A stretch of 64,000 nucleotides of DNA from Camelus dromedarius. Its lineage: Eukaryota. Both the position numbers and the translations under genes were made by a program. The stretch spans positions 46,254,001 through 46,318,000 of the forward strand of contig NC_087447.1 in NCBI RefSeq assembly GCF_036321535.1. The letters run 5' to 3'. Below, one piece after another: positions 13,442-25,503 of the stretch (position 1 is the stretch's first letter; each line of letters opens with the position of its first letter). The notes under the pieces were generated by a model, which was given only the letters and a program-made list of their open reading frames with translations, had not been told where the DNA came from and did no database searches.

Positions 13442-16400
13442 CCAAAGCAGACTTCTCTCTTTGGCCTGAACACTACAAGGATCTAAAGACTTAGTACCAG
13501 CAAAGGCCTCTTGTGCCCATCCACCTCCTTGCAGAGTCCAAATTTGGGTGAGTCTCATTCTTATATTGACTGATTATTCATTAATGATCCTGAATTTTAT
13601 TTGACAGTGTATGATAGGTACCTGGCTGTGCAGTTAAAAGACACTGGCCCAGGTGCCCGCCTGTCCAGTTGAAAGATGCTGGAGACTGATTGAAAAACCC
13701 TGAGTAATCTGGACTGAGTGGTTAGGTAAGAGGCTGATCTGATGCTTTCCCTCAATTTGGCTGCCTTACCAGGTAATTGTCAGAGTAAAAGTGGAGATAT
13801 CACATGAGAGCTTTGCTCTGAAGAAGAGGGACAAGCCGCCTCCTGGGTCAATTAAGGCTTTCTCAGGCAACTGAGACATTTATGGGAGTGGTAGAGGGCA
13901 GAGTCCTCACACAGTGCAGTGGTCCCATAGGGAAACTTACTCATTAAAAGATATGCTCATCCAGGTATCATGTATAAGAATTGGTCATTCGCTGATCCAA
14001 GCACCCATGGTGGTCTTGGACCACCAAAGGGAGAAACAGACACATAAGAGCTGAAACAACTCTAGGGTGACAACCTAGAGGAGTTAAGCTCAAAGCAGCA
14101 CACTGGCCCAGCACAGAAATGAATTAGTAAATTTTATCCCCAACAAGTTCAACTTTAAAATCGGAAATAGAGCCCCTCTAACAGAAATGAGGAATGTCAA
14201 AAAGCCAGCCTCCAACTAACACCCCAGCTACATTTATGTAAGTGTAAGTTTTGTATGTACAAGTACTTAATTGTGCCCTGAAAATGGCCAAGATGGGCAT
14301 TTTCATTGCATATGCAGTTGTTAAATAAAGCTGGCTTGATAAAACATATTTTCAGAATTTTAATCCTGAGAGAACAAGTCCTTCTAGAACTTGCTTTCCA
14401 CTCTCTATGCCTTGAGATGTAAATGTTCTACTAAGGTTCTCAGAAACCCTTAAAACCACCTCTCATTCCTGTGACTGAGGGTTGGGGAGAGGATGGGGAA
14501 GGGCCTTTTAAGCTTCACTTATTCCAACTGCTATTTATAAAGTACTGAGTTTTATAGTATAATACTTGACTTATGAGTAAGTTATAAAAGAAAGTAATGA
14601 GATCTCTAGTTCTGTCTGTCAGTATATGTGTGCATTATAAATACATGCCTTCATCTTTGGATGGTGTTATCATAGTTTGTAAATGAGCTCTAGTTAATTG
14701 GCTTAAAGGAAATTAAGCACTTATATCAACTTTCAGAATTAGGAAAGAACCCAAATTAATTTCAGGCTCATGTGAATTGGCAAATAGTATTAAATTAATA
14801 CCTAATATTAAAGTTTATTTGTTGATTTAATACAGATATGTCTTTAGAATCATCAACGTTAAGTATAATACTTTTATTATACCTAGCTTTACTAGAAGTT
14901 GAATAAGCTTTTATATCTGTTGCAAATTTGTCAGCATAAAAACAACTTGATATGAAATTTTATAAGCAAATTAAATATAAATGACATGAGTGAGGTTCTC
15001 TTTAGGAATAATTGTTTTAGGAATATCTACTAAATTATTTTCATAATTTAGCAAAACTCTAAAATTTCAAGTTAAGTCAAATGATGGAAGTTTATTGAAC
15101 ATCTAGGTCATTTCCAAATGAAATAAGATACTGAAAAATTAATTACTGAACACCAGCTTCCTTTACAGAGAATTAAAGCTATTTAGGACTATTAATAAAT
15201 GTTTGGTGCCACACTGTGATTTTCTTTTAAGAAAGCACATGTTTTTAGAAATGATTGGTATTTGCCAATCTACAGACTGTTAATATAAGAGACAGTACAT
15301 AGCATAAAAGACAGTTCATAATTGCTTACTTCTTCATTTTCACTAGAAGTTAAAGTTTTTAAGAATTGAAAGTTATAATTTAAGTGTGTAATTAAAGCTA
15401 CTAGAAATAAGAGAAACATTTCATTATATAGTAGGACAGTAGGATAGTAGGATATGTTTTCAGTAAAAGAATGAGGAATGGAATTGCATCTTTTATAAGG
15501 GAGAAGTAATTTTGTCCTAGGGTTAGTTGTTTCTGATGAAAAAAATAAGGGGCAAACTAATATGGATACAGAAAGTTATGAAAAGTTTGTGGAGGAAGAA
15601 CCCTGAGAAGAAAATTCTGTGCATGGTCAAGACTGACTAAGTTTGGATTAAATTTAAGTAAATGAATTTTGTTATTAAAGTAAGCTGATACAAGACTGGA
15701 GTTTGATTTTCTCATTCTGTTCAAAGTTTTCTTGCACTATTGAGCTACTTTTGATAAAAAGTAAAGAAACTTAAAATCTTAAGTGATCCATTCTGTATTT
15801 GCCTTTGAAATCTTTTATTGTCACTTTGGTTAAGTGACTAAGTATTGTTTCACAGTGACTTGTGATCCTATTTGACCAAATATTTTAAATCTTTAATATT
15901 TGGGGGTCAAACTTTCCAAATTAAATTCTAATGAACTTCCTCTCACCTCTAGCTAATTTGGGGGATACTTCAGTGGGCCCTTGAAACATCCCAAAGTGAG
16001 TTATTAACTAATTAGGTTCATTTTGTGTTATTACATGGGAAGCATTGTCAAATAAGTAATAAATCTCAGGTTATACTGTATGAGGAAATGATATTAGACA
16101 TTCTAGAAATTATATGAAATTTCTAAAAATTTGAATATGTGCTGGTAAAATGTTGTCATAATTGTAGTCATCTTAAAATGTATGTCACAGCAGTAACCAA
16201 AATTGCCAATTGCACTGTAACCAGGTCTTTAACTGTGCCTTACGTCTTTTGTCATTCCTAGACAGTTACTGTTTTTCTCTGATTTTTTTGCAAAAGTGCT
16301 TCCTCTTCAAGAAGATTCACTGCAAGGACTTTTCTGAGAAGTACAGGTTTCTGATAATCATACTGCTGAACTGGGTAAGAAATTAAATAATTCTAATGGA

Positions 16401-18721
16401 AAACCTGATGGCTTCATAAAACTTAAGAAGGACTAGTTACATAGGACTGAATGAACTGGTAAATAGTTTTTTTTAATATAGTTTCTGTCTGAAATATTAC
16501 TGGCTTTTAATCCTGTGTTTTCCAGATATAAGGAACCCCTTCCCATCAATCTAATTAGGAGTTAGCAATTTGGTAAATTATACCTTTGTTAAGCAGAACT
16601 GAAACACTTATCTTTTCTCTCTACCTGATCCCTCCAGAGATTGGAAACTTAGGTTCCCAGCAGATTTATCAGGTAAATTAGGAAGGCCACCTCCTAACAC
16701 GTACAAGGATCTTAAAGTATTTTGGGGACCTTGAAAAGGGAGGGATTTACCCAAATCCATTGTACCACACTTGAAATCAGTGACAAGTCTTTGGCATGGC
16801 TTTCCTGGCCTTGAGAGGTCTTGTTAAGAATTCAGTCTGGGATTCCTTAAAAAGTTCTAGCAAAGTCAATTTTAAAACAGCCTGTATGATCAATTACTTA
16901 TGTAAGTAAGGCCAAGTTTATTGAAACCAGACTTATTTTGCAAATAAATTAGTCTTAATTTGGCTGTATTTCTTAGAAATGAGGTTAGTTTTAAGGAAAA
17001 AAAGATTTTCAGTGAGTATTAAATTCAAGTTTTTAAATAGAGGTCTGTTTTTATTAAGAGTCACTTTCTAGATAGATCTTTGTTGTTACTGTAAAGTTTA
17101 ATTGAATTATTAAAAGGACATTCTAGTTAGATTACTGAGATAAGCTTCAGAAACAATCTTTGGATGAAGATCAAATGCCCCATGACATGCAACCAGGAGA
17201 TTATGCATACTGGAAACTCATTTAAAGGACTATCTTAACTCTAGGTTGGAAGGACACTTACCAGGTACTCTTCACTAGCTCATGCACAACCTAACTGAAA
17301 GAACTGAATTAATATATCCCACTTAGAAAGGGCCGCTGTACTGGACAGAGAAGAATGATGACCTCAAAATCACCTTAAAACAATGCTTGACCAGAACAGA
17401 AACTACCAGACCAGGGTAAGAGAAAGACAAAATCCCAATTAGACGGCTGATGCCAGACCAGGCCTATATACAAATTACCTTGATGATTGCTCAGACCTTT
17501 GCTTACAAATGTTATTTCTTTCTTGGGCACAATCTTATGCAGAGTTTAAAATTAATCCAACTGTTGGGATGGTGGTCATTTGCCTATATCCAGCACTTTG
17601 GGGTTATGGTGGTGGGTTTCTCCACTCCAAGGCTCTAACTGGATGGTCCTTAGGAAGTTTATTCTAGGAGAAGTTACAGTTCTGTTTGCTTCACGATTGA
17701 TATTAGTTGGGACTTCCTCACTTGACCAATCATACTTGGTCTGATCATGGCCATAAATGTAAATTCTTTTAAATTACTCAAGCTTATTCAGGGCAATAAG
17801 CACAAATTTAGCCAAAGAATAACCTGGCTAACATCCGGTTATGATCATTTAAGGCCCCACTTACGTTGGGAGCAATTAAATCATACTAAGGCTAAACAGC
17901 CTAGTAACATTAGGAAATTAGGCCGGGTGTCTTATGAACAATGCCTGAATAATGCTTCCCTTATAGATAATTAGCACAGAAAAGACTAAGTCAGACAACC
18001 TGGGGACATACTAGGCCATACCTCATGGAAGTTCCTGGCTTAAATTCTTGTTTATGACCTTACTGATACTACTAGCTGTAACACTCACATTCTCCCTATT
18101 TTACAAGATCGTTATTTCTTGTATTGCCAAATACATGACTGAACCTCTGATGAAAGGAGTAGGTGACTGAAGCAGTTGACCAGATTTATAGTTCTATAAG
18201 ATCAATGACTGTAATGGTATAACTCTACACAGGGGAAGAAGCAACAAGAAGGCATCATTTCCTGGACCACACCAGACAAGTGAGACAGCTGGTCCAGAGG
18301 CTTTGGCTGCTGTCACTAGGGTCCAGTCCAGTGACAGCACATTAAGTGGCCTATCAACAAAATCCTCACCTGACCTAGGAATGAGCATCCCTATCACCAT
18401 GGAACAGAACGGTCATGAAATGTCTCCCAAATCATGGTCAAATTTGTGACCATGGGGGAGCACTGCAAACTAAAGAATGTTGCTTGTCACCTTGTCCTGT
18501 AAGAAGTCACTAGCCACTGCAGTCACTGACACGTTAGTACACCCTGAAAGGAGTTTACGGCAGAGATCTGGACGGAGGCACTCTGTTCTCTGGAAAAACC
18601 CGGCAGATCAGCCCTTCAGGTTATTTTAAAGAAATTTTACGAACCTCAATTTCTTGCATCTTCTCATACCTAGAAAAGCACTAAAAATCATTAATGGTGA
18701 CATCTTTGACTAGCAGCAACC

Positions 18722-19645
18722 TTTTAATTGAAGTATAGTTGATTTACAATGTGGTGTTAGCTTCTGGTGTACAGCAAAGTGATTGTGGAAAATATGAAAA
18801 AAGTGATTTAATTATACATATTACTAATTTTTTCCAACTATAGATTATTACAAGATACTGTATATACTTGCCTGTGCTGTACAGTAGGACCTTATTTATT
18901 GTAGTTTATATCTGCTAATCCCAAGTCCTAATTTATACCTCTGGTCACTTTTCCCTTTGGTAAACTATGTTTATTTTCTTTATCTGTGAGTCTATTTGTT
19001 TTGTAAATTAAGTTCACTTGTATTACATTTTAGATTCCACATATAAGTGGTATCATGTGATACTTGTCTTTGTCATTTAATTTAGTGTGATAATCTCTAA
19101 GTCCATCCATGTTGCTTCAAATGGCATTTTCATTTTTTATGACTGAGTAGTATTCCACTGTACAAATACACAACTTCTTTCTCCAGTCATCTGTCAATGG
19201 ACATTTAAGTTGCTTCCATGTCTTGACTATTGTATATAGTGCTGCTATTAACATCGGGGTGCATATATCTTTTCAAATTAGAGTTCTCTCCAGATATATG
19301 CCCAGAAGTGGGATTGCTGGATCATATAGTAAATCTATTTTTAGTTTTTTGAACACTCTCCATACTGTTTTCCTTAATGGCTGCACCAAACTACAGTCCT
19401 ACCAACACTGTAGGAGGGTTCCCTTTTCTCCACAGCCTCTCCAGCATTTATCATTTGTGGACTTTTGAAGGATGGTCATTCTGACTGGTGTGAGGTGGTA
19501 CCTCATTGTAGTTTTGATATGCATGTCTGATACTGATATTGAACATTTTTTCATGTGCCTATTTACCATCTGTATGTCTTCATTGGAGAATTGCTTGTTA
19601 ACGTCTTCTGCCCATTTTTGGATTGCATTTTATTAAGATATATAA
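18722..19645 (-). mobile_element. 5'-truncated LINE-1 3' end interrupting the ERV 3' LTR
   Basis: Starts ttttaattgaagtatagttgatttacaatg; contains antisense ORF2 C-terminal sequence homologous to 5100-5700 and 10200-10730. Confidence 0.92.
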
Positions 19646-19870
19646 ACTATTCTGGCAGAAAATCAAATTATTAAAAGTAGAAGCCTTAAATTAACATGAT
19701 TCAACTTAAATGCATTATTTGTTCTCAATATCATGCAAGAGATTCAGGTACTCTATGGGCAAAGGTCATTAAATGGAAAAGGTGTTTACTGAATGAACTT
19801 CCAACATCTAGATATAGATCTATATGGAATGACATTTGTACTTTGAGAGTATAACATGCACACCCATAGT

Positions 19871-22800
19871 AGAAAGAAAGGGAGGAAGGAAAGAAGAAAC
19901 AAAGAGAAACTTAGAAAGAAAGAGAAACTTAGAAAAGAATTCAGAAAGAAAGCAACTTAGAAAGACAGAAAGAAAGGAACTTAGAACAAATAGAAACTTA
20001 GAAAGCGACTTAGAAAGCAACTTAGTTCCTTTCTTTATGAATTCCTTTCTTAGAAAGAAACTTAGAAAGACAAAAACTTAGAAAGACAGAAAGAAAAACT
20101 TAGAAACTTAGAAAGCAAGAAAGAAACAAAGAAACTTAGAAACAAAGAAAGAGAAAGGAACTTAGAAAGGAAGAGAAAAAGAAAAAAAAGCAAGAAACAA
20201 AGAAAGCAACATAGAAAGAAACAGAAACTTAGAAGAAGAAACAAAGAGAAATTAGAAAGCAACTTAGGAACTTAGAAAGAAAGGAACTTAGAACAAATAG
20301 AAACTTAGAAAGAAACAGTTCCTTTCTTTCTCAATTCCTTTCTTAGAAAGAAACTGAGAAAGAAAGGAACTTAGAAAGCAAATTAGACAGAGAAAAACTT
20401 AGAAAGGAACTTAGAAAGACAGACAGAAAGAAAAACTTAGAAAGAAAGACACTTAGAAACAAAGAGAAATTAGAAACGAACTTTGGAAGGAAGGAAGAAA
20501 GAAAGAAAGAAAGAGAAAACCAAGAAATTTAGAAAGGAAGAAACTAAGAAAGAAAGCAAATTAGACACAAAGAAAAACTTAGAAAGGAATTTAGAAAGAA
20601 ACGAACTGAGAAACATAGAAAGAGAGAAACTTAGAAAGCAAGGAACTTAGAAACTTAGAAAGAAACAAAGAGAAATTTAGAAACGAACTTCGAAAGACAG
20701 ACATAAAGCAAAAGTTAGAAAGAAAGGAACTTAGAAAGAAAGCAACTTAGAAAGAAAAAAGAAAGAAAAGGAAGCAAGAAACTTAGAAAGCAACTTAGAA
20801 ACAAAGAAAGAAAAACAGAGAAATTAGAAAGGAACTTAGAAAGAAAAGCAAAATTTAGAAACAAAGCAATTAGACAGAAAGAAAAACGTAGGAATATAGA
20901 AAGAAAGAAAGGAACTTAGAAAGGAACTGAGAAACTTAGAAACTTAGAAAAAGAAACATAGGAACAAAAACTTAGAAACTTAGAAAGAAAGGAACTTAGA
21001 ACAAATAGAAACTTAGAAACTTAGAAAACAAGAAAGAAACAAAGGGAAACTTAGAAACAAAGAATGAGAAACTTAGAAAGAAGAAGAAACAGAGAAATTA
21101 GAAAGGAACTTAGAAGAAAGGCAGAAAGAAAAGGGAGGAAGGAAGGAAAGAAGGAAGGAAGGAAGAACGGAAACCAAGCAAGAAAGTTAGAAAAAGCAAT
21201 TAAGAAAGAAAGAAACTGAGAAACTTAGAAGAAAAAGAAACTTAGAAAGAAAAACTTAGAAAATTAGAAAGAAAGGAACTTAGAAGAAACAGAAACGTAG
21301 AAACTTAGAAAGAAACTTAGAAAGCAAGAAACTTAGAAAGAACGAAAGGAAAGCAAGCAAGAAACTTAGAAAGAAAGAAACTTAGAAGAAACAGAAATTA
21401 GAAAGGAACTTAGAAATAAAGGAAGAAAGAAAGAAAAGCAAGCAAGAAACTTAGAAAAAAGCAACTAAGGAAGGAAGAAAGAAAAAGAAAGAGAAAGAAA
21501 GAAAGAAGAAATAGAAAGTTAGAACGGAAGCAACTTAGAAAGAAACAAAGGGAAACTTTCAAAGAAAGAAAGAGAAACTTAGAAGAAACAGAGAAATTAG
21601 AAGGGAACTTAGAAAGAAAGGAAGAAGGAAAGGAAGGAAGGAAAGCAACCAAAAAACTTAGAAACAAAGGGAAACTTAGAAGAAGAAACAGAAATTAGAA
21701 AGGAACTTAGGAAGGAAGGAAAAGAGAGAAAAAGAAAGAAAGAGAGAAAAGAAAGCAACTTAGAAAGAAAGAAACAAAGGGAAACTTAGAAACAAAGAAA
21801 GAGAAAGAAGAGAAATTAGAAAGGAACTTAGAAAGAAACAAAGAAAGAAAAAAACTAAGAAAGAAAGCAAATTAGAAAGAAAAACTTAGAAAGGAATTTA
21901 GAAAGAAAGAAACTTAGAAATAAAGAAAGAGAAAGAAGAAGAAACAAAGAAATTAGAAAGGAACTTGAAAGAAAGAAATGAAAAGAAAGTTAGAAAAGTT
22001 AGAAAGGAAGCAACTTAAAAAGAAACAAAGGGAAACTTTCAAAGAAAGAAAGAGAAACTTAGAAGAAACAGAGAAATTAGAAGGGAACTTAGAAAGAAAG
22101 GAAGAAAAAAGGGAGGAAGAAAGGCAGGAAGGCAAGCAAGCAAAAAACTTAGAAAGAAAGCAACTTAGAAAGGAACTTAGAAAAAAAAGGAAGAAAGAAA
22201 GAACAAGCAAGCAAGAAAGAAAGAAAAAGAGAAAGAAAGAACAACAAACAAAGAGAAATTAGAAAGGAACTTAGAAAGAAAGGAAGAAAGAAAAGGAAGG
22301 AAGGAAGGGAGAAAGGAAGGAAAGCAAGCAAGAAACTTAGAAAGAAACAAAGGGAAACTTACAAAGAGAAACTTAGAAGAAGAAACAGAAATTAGAAAGG
22401 AATTTAGGAAGGAAGGGAAAGAAAGGAAGGAAAAGAAAGAAAGCAAATTAGACAGAAAGAAAAACTTAAAAAGGAATTTAGAAAGGATTAGAAAGGAACT
22501 TAGAAAGAAAGGAACTGAGAAACTTAGAAAGAAAAAGAAACTTAGAACAAATAGAAACTTAGAAAGCAAGAAACTTAGAGAGAAACTTAGAAAGAAACTT
22601 AGAAAGCAAGGAACATAGAAAGAAACAAAGAGAAACAAAGAGAAACTTAGAAAGGAACTTAGAAAGGAAAACTTAGAAAGAAAGGAACTTAGAAAGCAAG
22701 AAATTTAGAAAGCAAAAAAGAAACAAAGAAACTTAGAAACAAAGAGAAAGAAGAAGAAACAAAGAGAAATTAGAAGGGAACTTAGAAAGGAAGGAAGAAA

Positions 22801-24154
22801 GGAAGAAAGAAAGACTTAGAAACAAAGAGAAAGAATAAGAAAGAAAGAAATTAGAAAGGAACTTAGAAAGGAAGAAAGAAAAGGAAGGAAGGCAAGCAAG
22901 CAAGAAACTTAGAAACAAAGAAAGAGAAACTTATAAAGAAGAAACAGAAATTAGGAAGGAAGGAAGGAAGAGAAACTAAAAGAAAGCAAATTAGACAGAA
23001 AGAAAAACTTAGGAAGGAATTTAGAAAGAAAGGAACTGAGAAACTTAGAAAAAAACTTAGAAAGAAACTTAGTTCCTTTTTCTTTCTAAATTCCTTTCTT
23101 AGAAAGAAACCTAGAAAGCAAGAAACTTAGAAACTTAGAAAGCAAGGAACTTAGAAACTTAGAAAGAAAGAAACTTAGAAAGGAACTTAGAAAGACAGGA
23201 AGAAAGAAAAGGAAGAAAGAAAAAGAAAAAGAAAGAAAGCAACTTAGAAGAAGAAACAAAGAAATTAGAAAGGAATTTAGAAAGGAAGGAAGGAAGAAAG
23301 GAACAAAGGGAAATTTAGAAAGAAAGAAGAAAGAAAGAGAAATTACAAAGAAAAAAATTTAGAAATAGAGAAACTAAGAAAGAAAACAGAAAGAAAAACT
23401 TAGAAAGGAATTTAGAAAGAAAGAAAGGAACTTAGAACAAATAGAAACTTAGAAAGAAACTTACTTCCTTTTTCTTTCTAAATTCCTTTCTTAGAAATTT
23501 AGAAAGCAAGAAACTTAAGAGAGAAACAGAAAGAAACAAAGAGAAACTTAGGAAGGAAGGAAGAAAGAAAGAAAAAGAAAGAAAGGCAAGCAAGAAACTT
23601 AGGAAGAAAGAAAGAAAGTTAGAAAGAAGAACAAACAAAGAGAAATTAGAAAGGAACTTAGGAAGGAAGAAAAAGGAAGGAAAGCAAGCAAGAAACTTAG
23701 AAAGAAAGCAACTTAGAAACAAAGGGAAACTTAGAAACAAAGAAAGAAACTTAGAAGAAGAAACAGAGAAATTAGAAAGGAAGTTAGGAAGGAACTTAGG
23801 GAGGGAGGGAGGAAGAAAAGAAAAAGAAGGAAAGAAAGGAATGGAAGCTTAGAAACAAAGAAAGAGAAACTTAGAAAGAAGAAGAAACAAAGAAATTAGA
23901 AAGGAACTTAGACAAAGGAACATAGAAAGACAGAAAGACAGAAAGAAAGAAATTTTGAAAGGAACTTAGAAAGAAAGGAACTTAGAAAGCAAGAAAGAAA
24001 CAAAGAGAACTTAGACAGGAATTTAGAAAAGAAAGCAACTTAGAAAGGAACTTAGAAAGAGGAACTTAGTAACTTAGAAAGACAAAGAAAGAAAGGAACT
24101 TAGAAAGGAATATAGAAAGAAAGCAACTTAGAGAGAGAGAGAGAAAGAAAGAAA

Positions 24155-24194
<40 letters not shown>

Positions 24195-24204
24195 GAGAAA
24201 AGAA

Positions 24205-24244
<40 letters not shown>

Positions 24245-24629
24245 AAAGAAAAGAAAAGAAAGAGACTTAGAAAGCAAGAAACTGAGAAAGCAAGAAACTG
24301 AGAAAGAAATAAAGGAACTTAGAAAGGAAGAAAGGAACTTAGAAAGAAAGCAACTCAGAAAGAACAAATAGAAACTTAGTTCCTTTCTTTCTTTCTAAAT
24401 TCCTTTCTTAGAAAGAAACTTAGAAAGCAAGCAACTTAGAAAGACAGAAACAAATGGAAACTTAGAAAGAAACATAGAGAAAGTTAGAAAGTAACAGAGA
24501 AACTTGGAAACTTAGAGACTTAGAAACTCAGAATGTAAGAAACAGAAAGAAAGGAAGAAACTTAGAGACCTAGAAAAAAACTTAGAAACAAACCTAGAAA
24601 CTTAGAAACTCAGAAAAAGAACTTACTTA
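19871..24629 (+). repeat. 4.75-kb purine-rich low-complexity array built from GAAA, GAAACTTA, GGAACTTA, GCAACTTA and AATTAG words
   Basis: Directly visible; nearly all T residues fall in (C/A)TTAG; five short pyrimidine-rich inverted islands; sharp boundaries. Confidence 0.97.
24130..24260 (+). repeat. (GA)n and (GAAA)n microsatellite core inside the array
   Basis: Nearly pure ga, gaaa and gaaaa runs. Confidence 0.9.
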
Positions 24630-25503
24630 CTTATTGGCATTCCAGGAGTGGAGTCCCCTGCACATCTGGCTCTCCATCCCCCTTTGGCTCCATGTACCTG
24701 GTAGCTGTGGTGTGATGTCACCATTCTGGCTGTGGTAAGAGTGGAATGCAGCCTGCACCAGCCCATCATTGACTTGGTTCTGTCCACCTCCACTATGCCC
24801 ATACTGCTGGAAATCTTCTGGTTTGGCACTAGTGACATAGGCTTGGATGCCTGCTTGGCTCAAATGTTCCTCATTCACTGCTTTACCACGGGTCAGTCGG
24901 GCATCTTCCTAGCTATGGCTTTTGACGACTGTGTAGCCCTCTGTGACCCACTACATCATGCTACAGTGCTCACGCATACTGTGGTGGGACGTTTGGGGCT
25001 AGCTGCCCTCTTCCTAAGTTCTCTGTATTGGACCCCTGCCTCTGATGATCCGCCTGCAGCTGCCCCTTTACAAAGCCTGTGTCATCTCCCACTCCTACTG
25101 TGAGCACAGGGCTGTAGTCACCTTGGCAGGTGGTGACATCGGAATCAAAATATGGCCTGAGCATTGGCTTTCTGGTCTTAATCCTGGACTTAATGGCCAT
25201 TGCTGCCTCTTATGTGATGATTTTCAGGGCCGTGATGGGGCTAGCTACTCCTGAGACCAGGCTTAAAACCCTGGGGCTGTGTGGTTCTCACATCTGTGCT
25301 ATCCTGACCTTTCATGTTCCCATTGCTGTTTCTTCCCTCATTCATCAATTTGGTCACCAGGTGCCTCCTCCAATCCACACCTTGCTGGCCAACTTCTACC
25401 TCCTCATTCCTCCAATCCTCAATCCCATTGTCTATGCTGTTCACACCAAGCAAATCCAAGAGAGACTTCTCAAATCTGAAAGATAACAACTAAGATCCAA
25501 TGA
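24630..25503 (+). pseudogene. OR52M1: OR52M1-like olfactory receptor pseudogene lacking its N-terminus, with multiple indels
   Basis: Begins CTT ATT GGC ATT CCA GGA (LIGIPG) right after the array. A 27-bp deletion turns [16 protein letters not shown] into HQPIIDL; DRY is DDC; several frameshifts. The C-terminus [36 protein letters not shown] matches OR52M1 as I recall it. Confidence 0.88.

Larger units (their letters stand above)
9678..18721 (+). mobile_element. Degenerate ERV1-class provirus with AT-rich interior (MER4-group-like) and two LTRs
   Basis: 5' LTR at about 9678-9878 plus 13148-13418 (split by an L1) and 3' LTR at 18464-18721 share gaagtcactagccactgcagtca, acaccctgaaaggagtt, gcactctgt, gcactaaaa..cattaatgg.gacatct and tgactagcagcaacc. 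PBS-like sequence at 13423-13441; purine tract before 18464; gag-like remnant at about 14200-14310; integrase tail QPGDYAYWK...YQVL at about 17190-17310. Confidence 0.85.

Noticed and set aside
19820..24367. Many K/R/E-rich (+) and F/L/S-rich (-) ORFs
   Set aside because: They are by-products of the low-complexity array and show no domain structure.
19871..24629. Interstitial telomere or CRISPR-like array (recurrent TTAG core)
   Set aside because: There are no TTAGGG runs, no constant repeat with unique spacers and no cas genes, and the context is mammalian.
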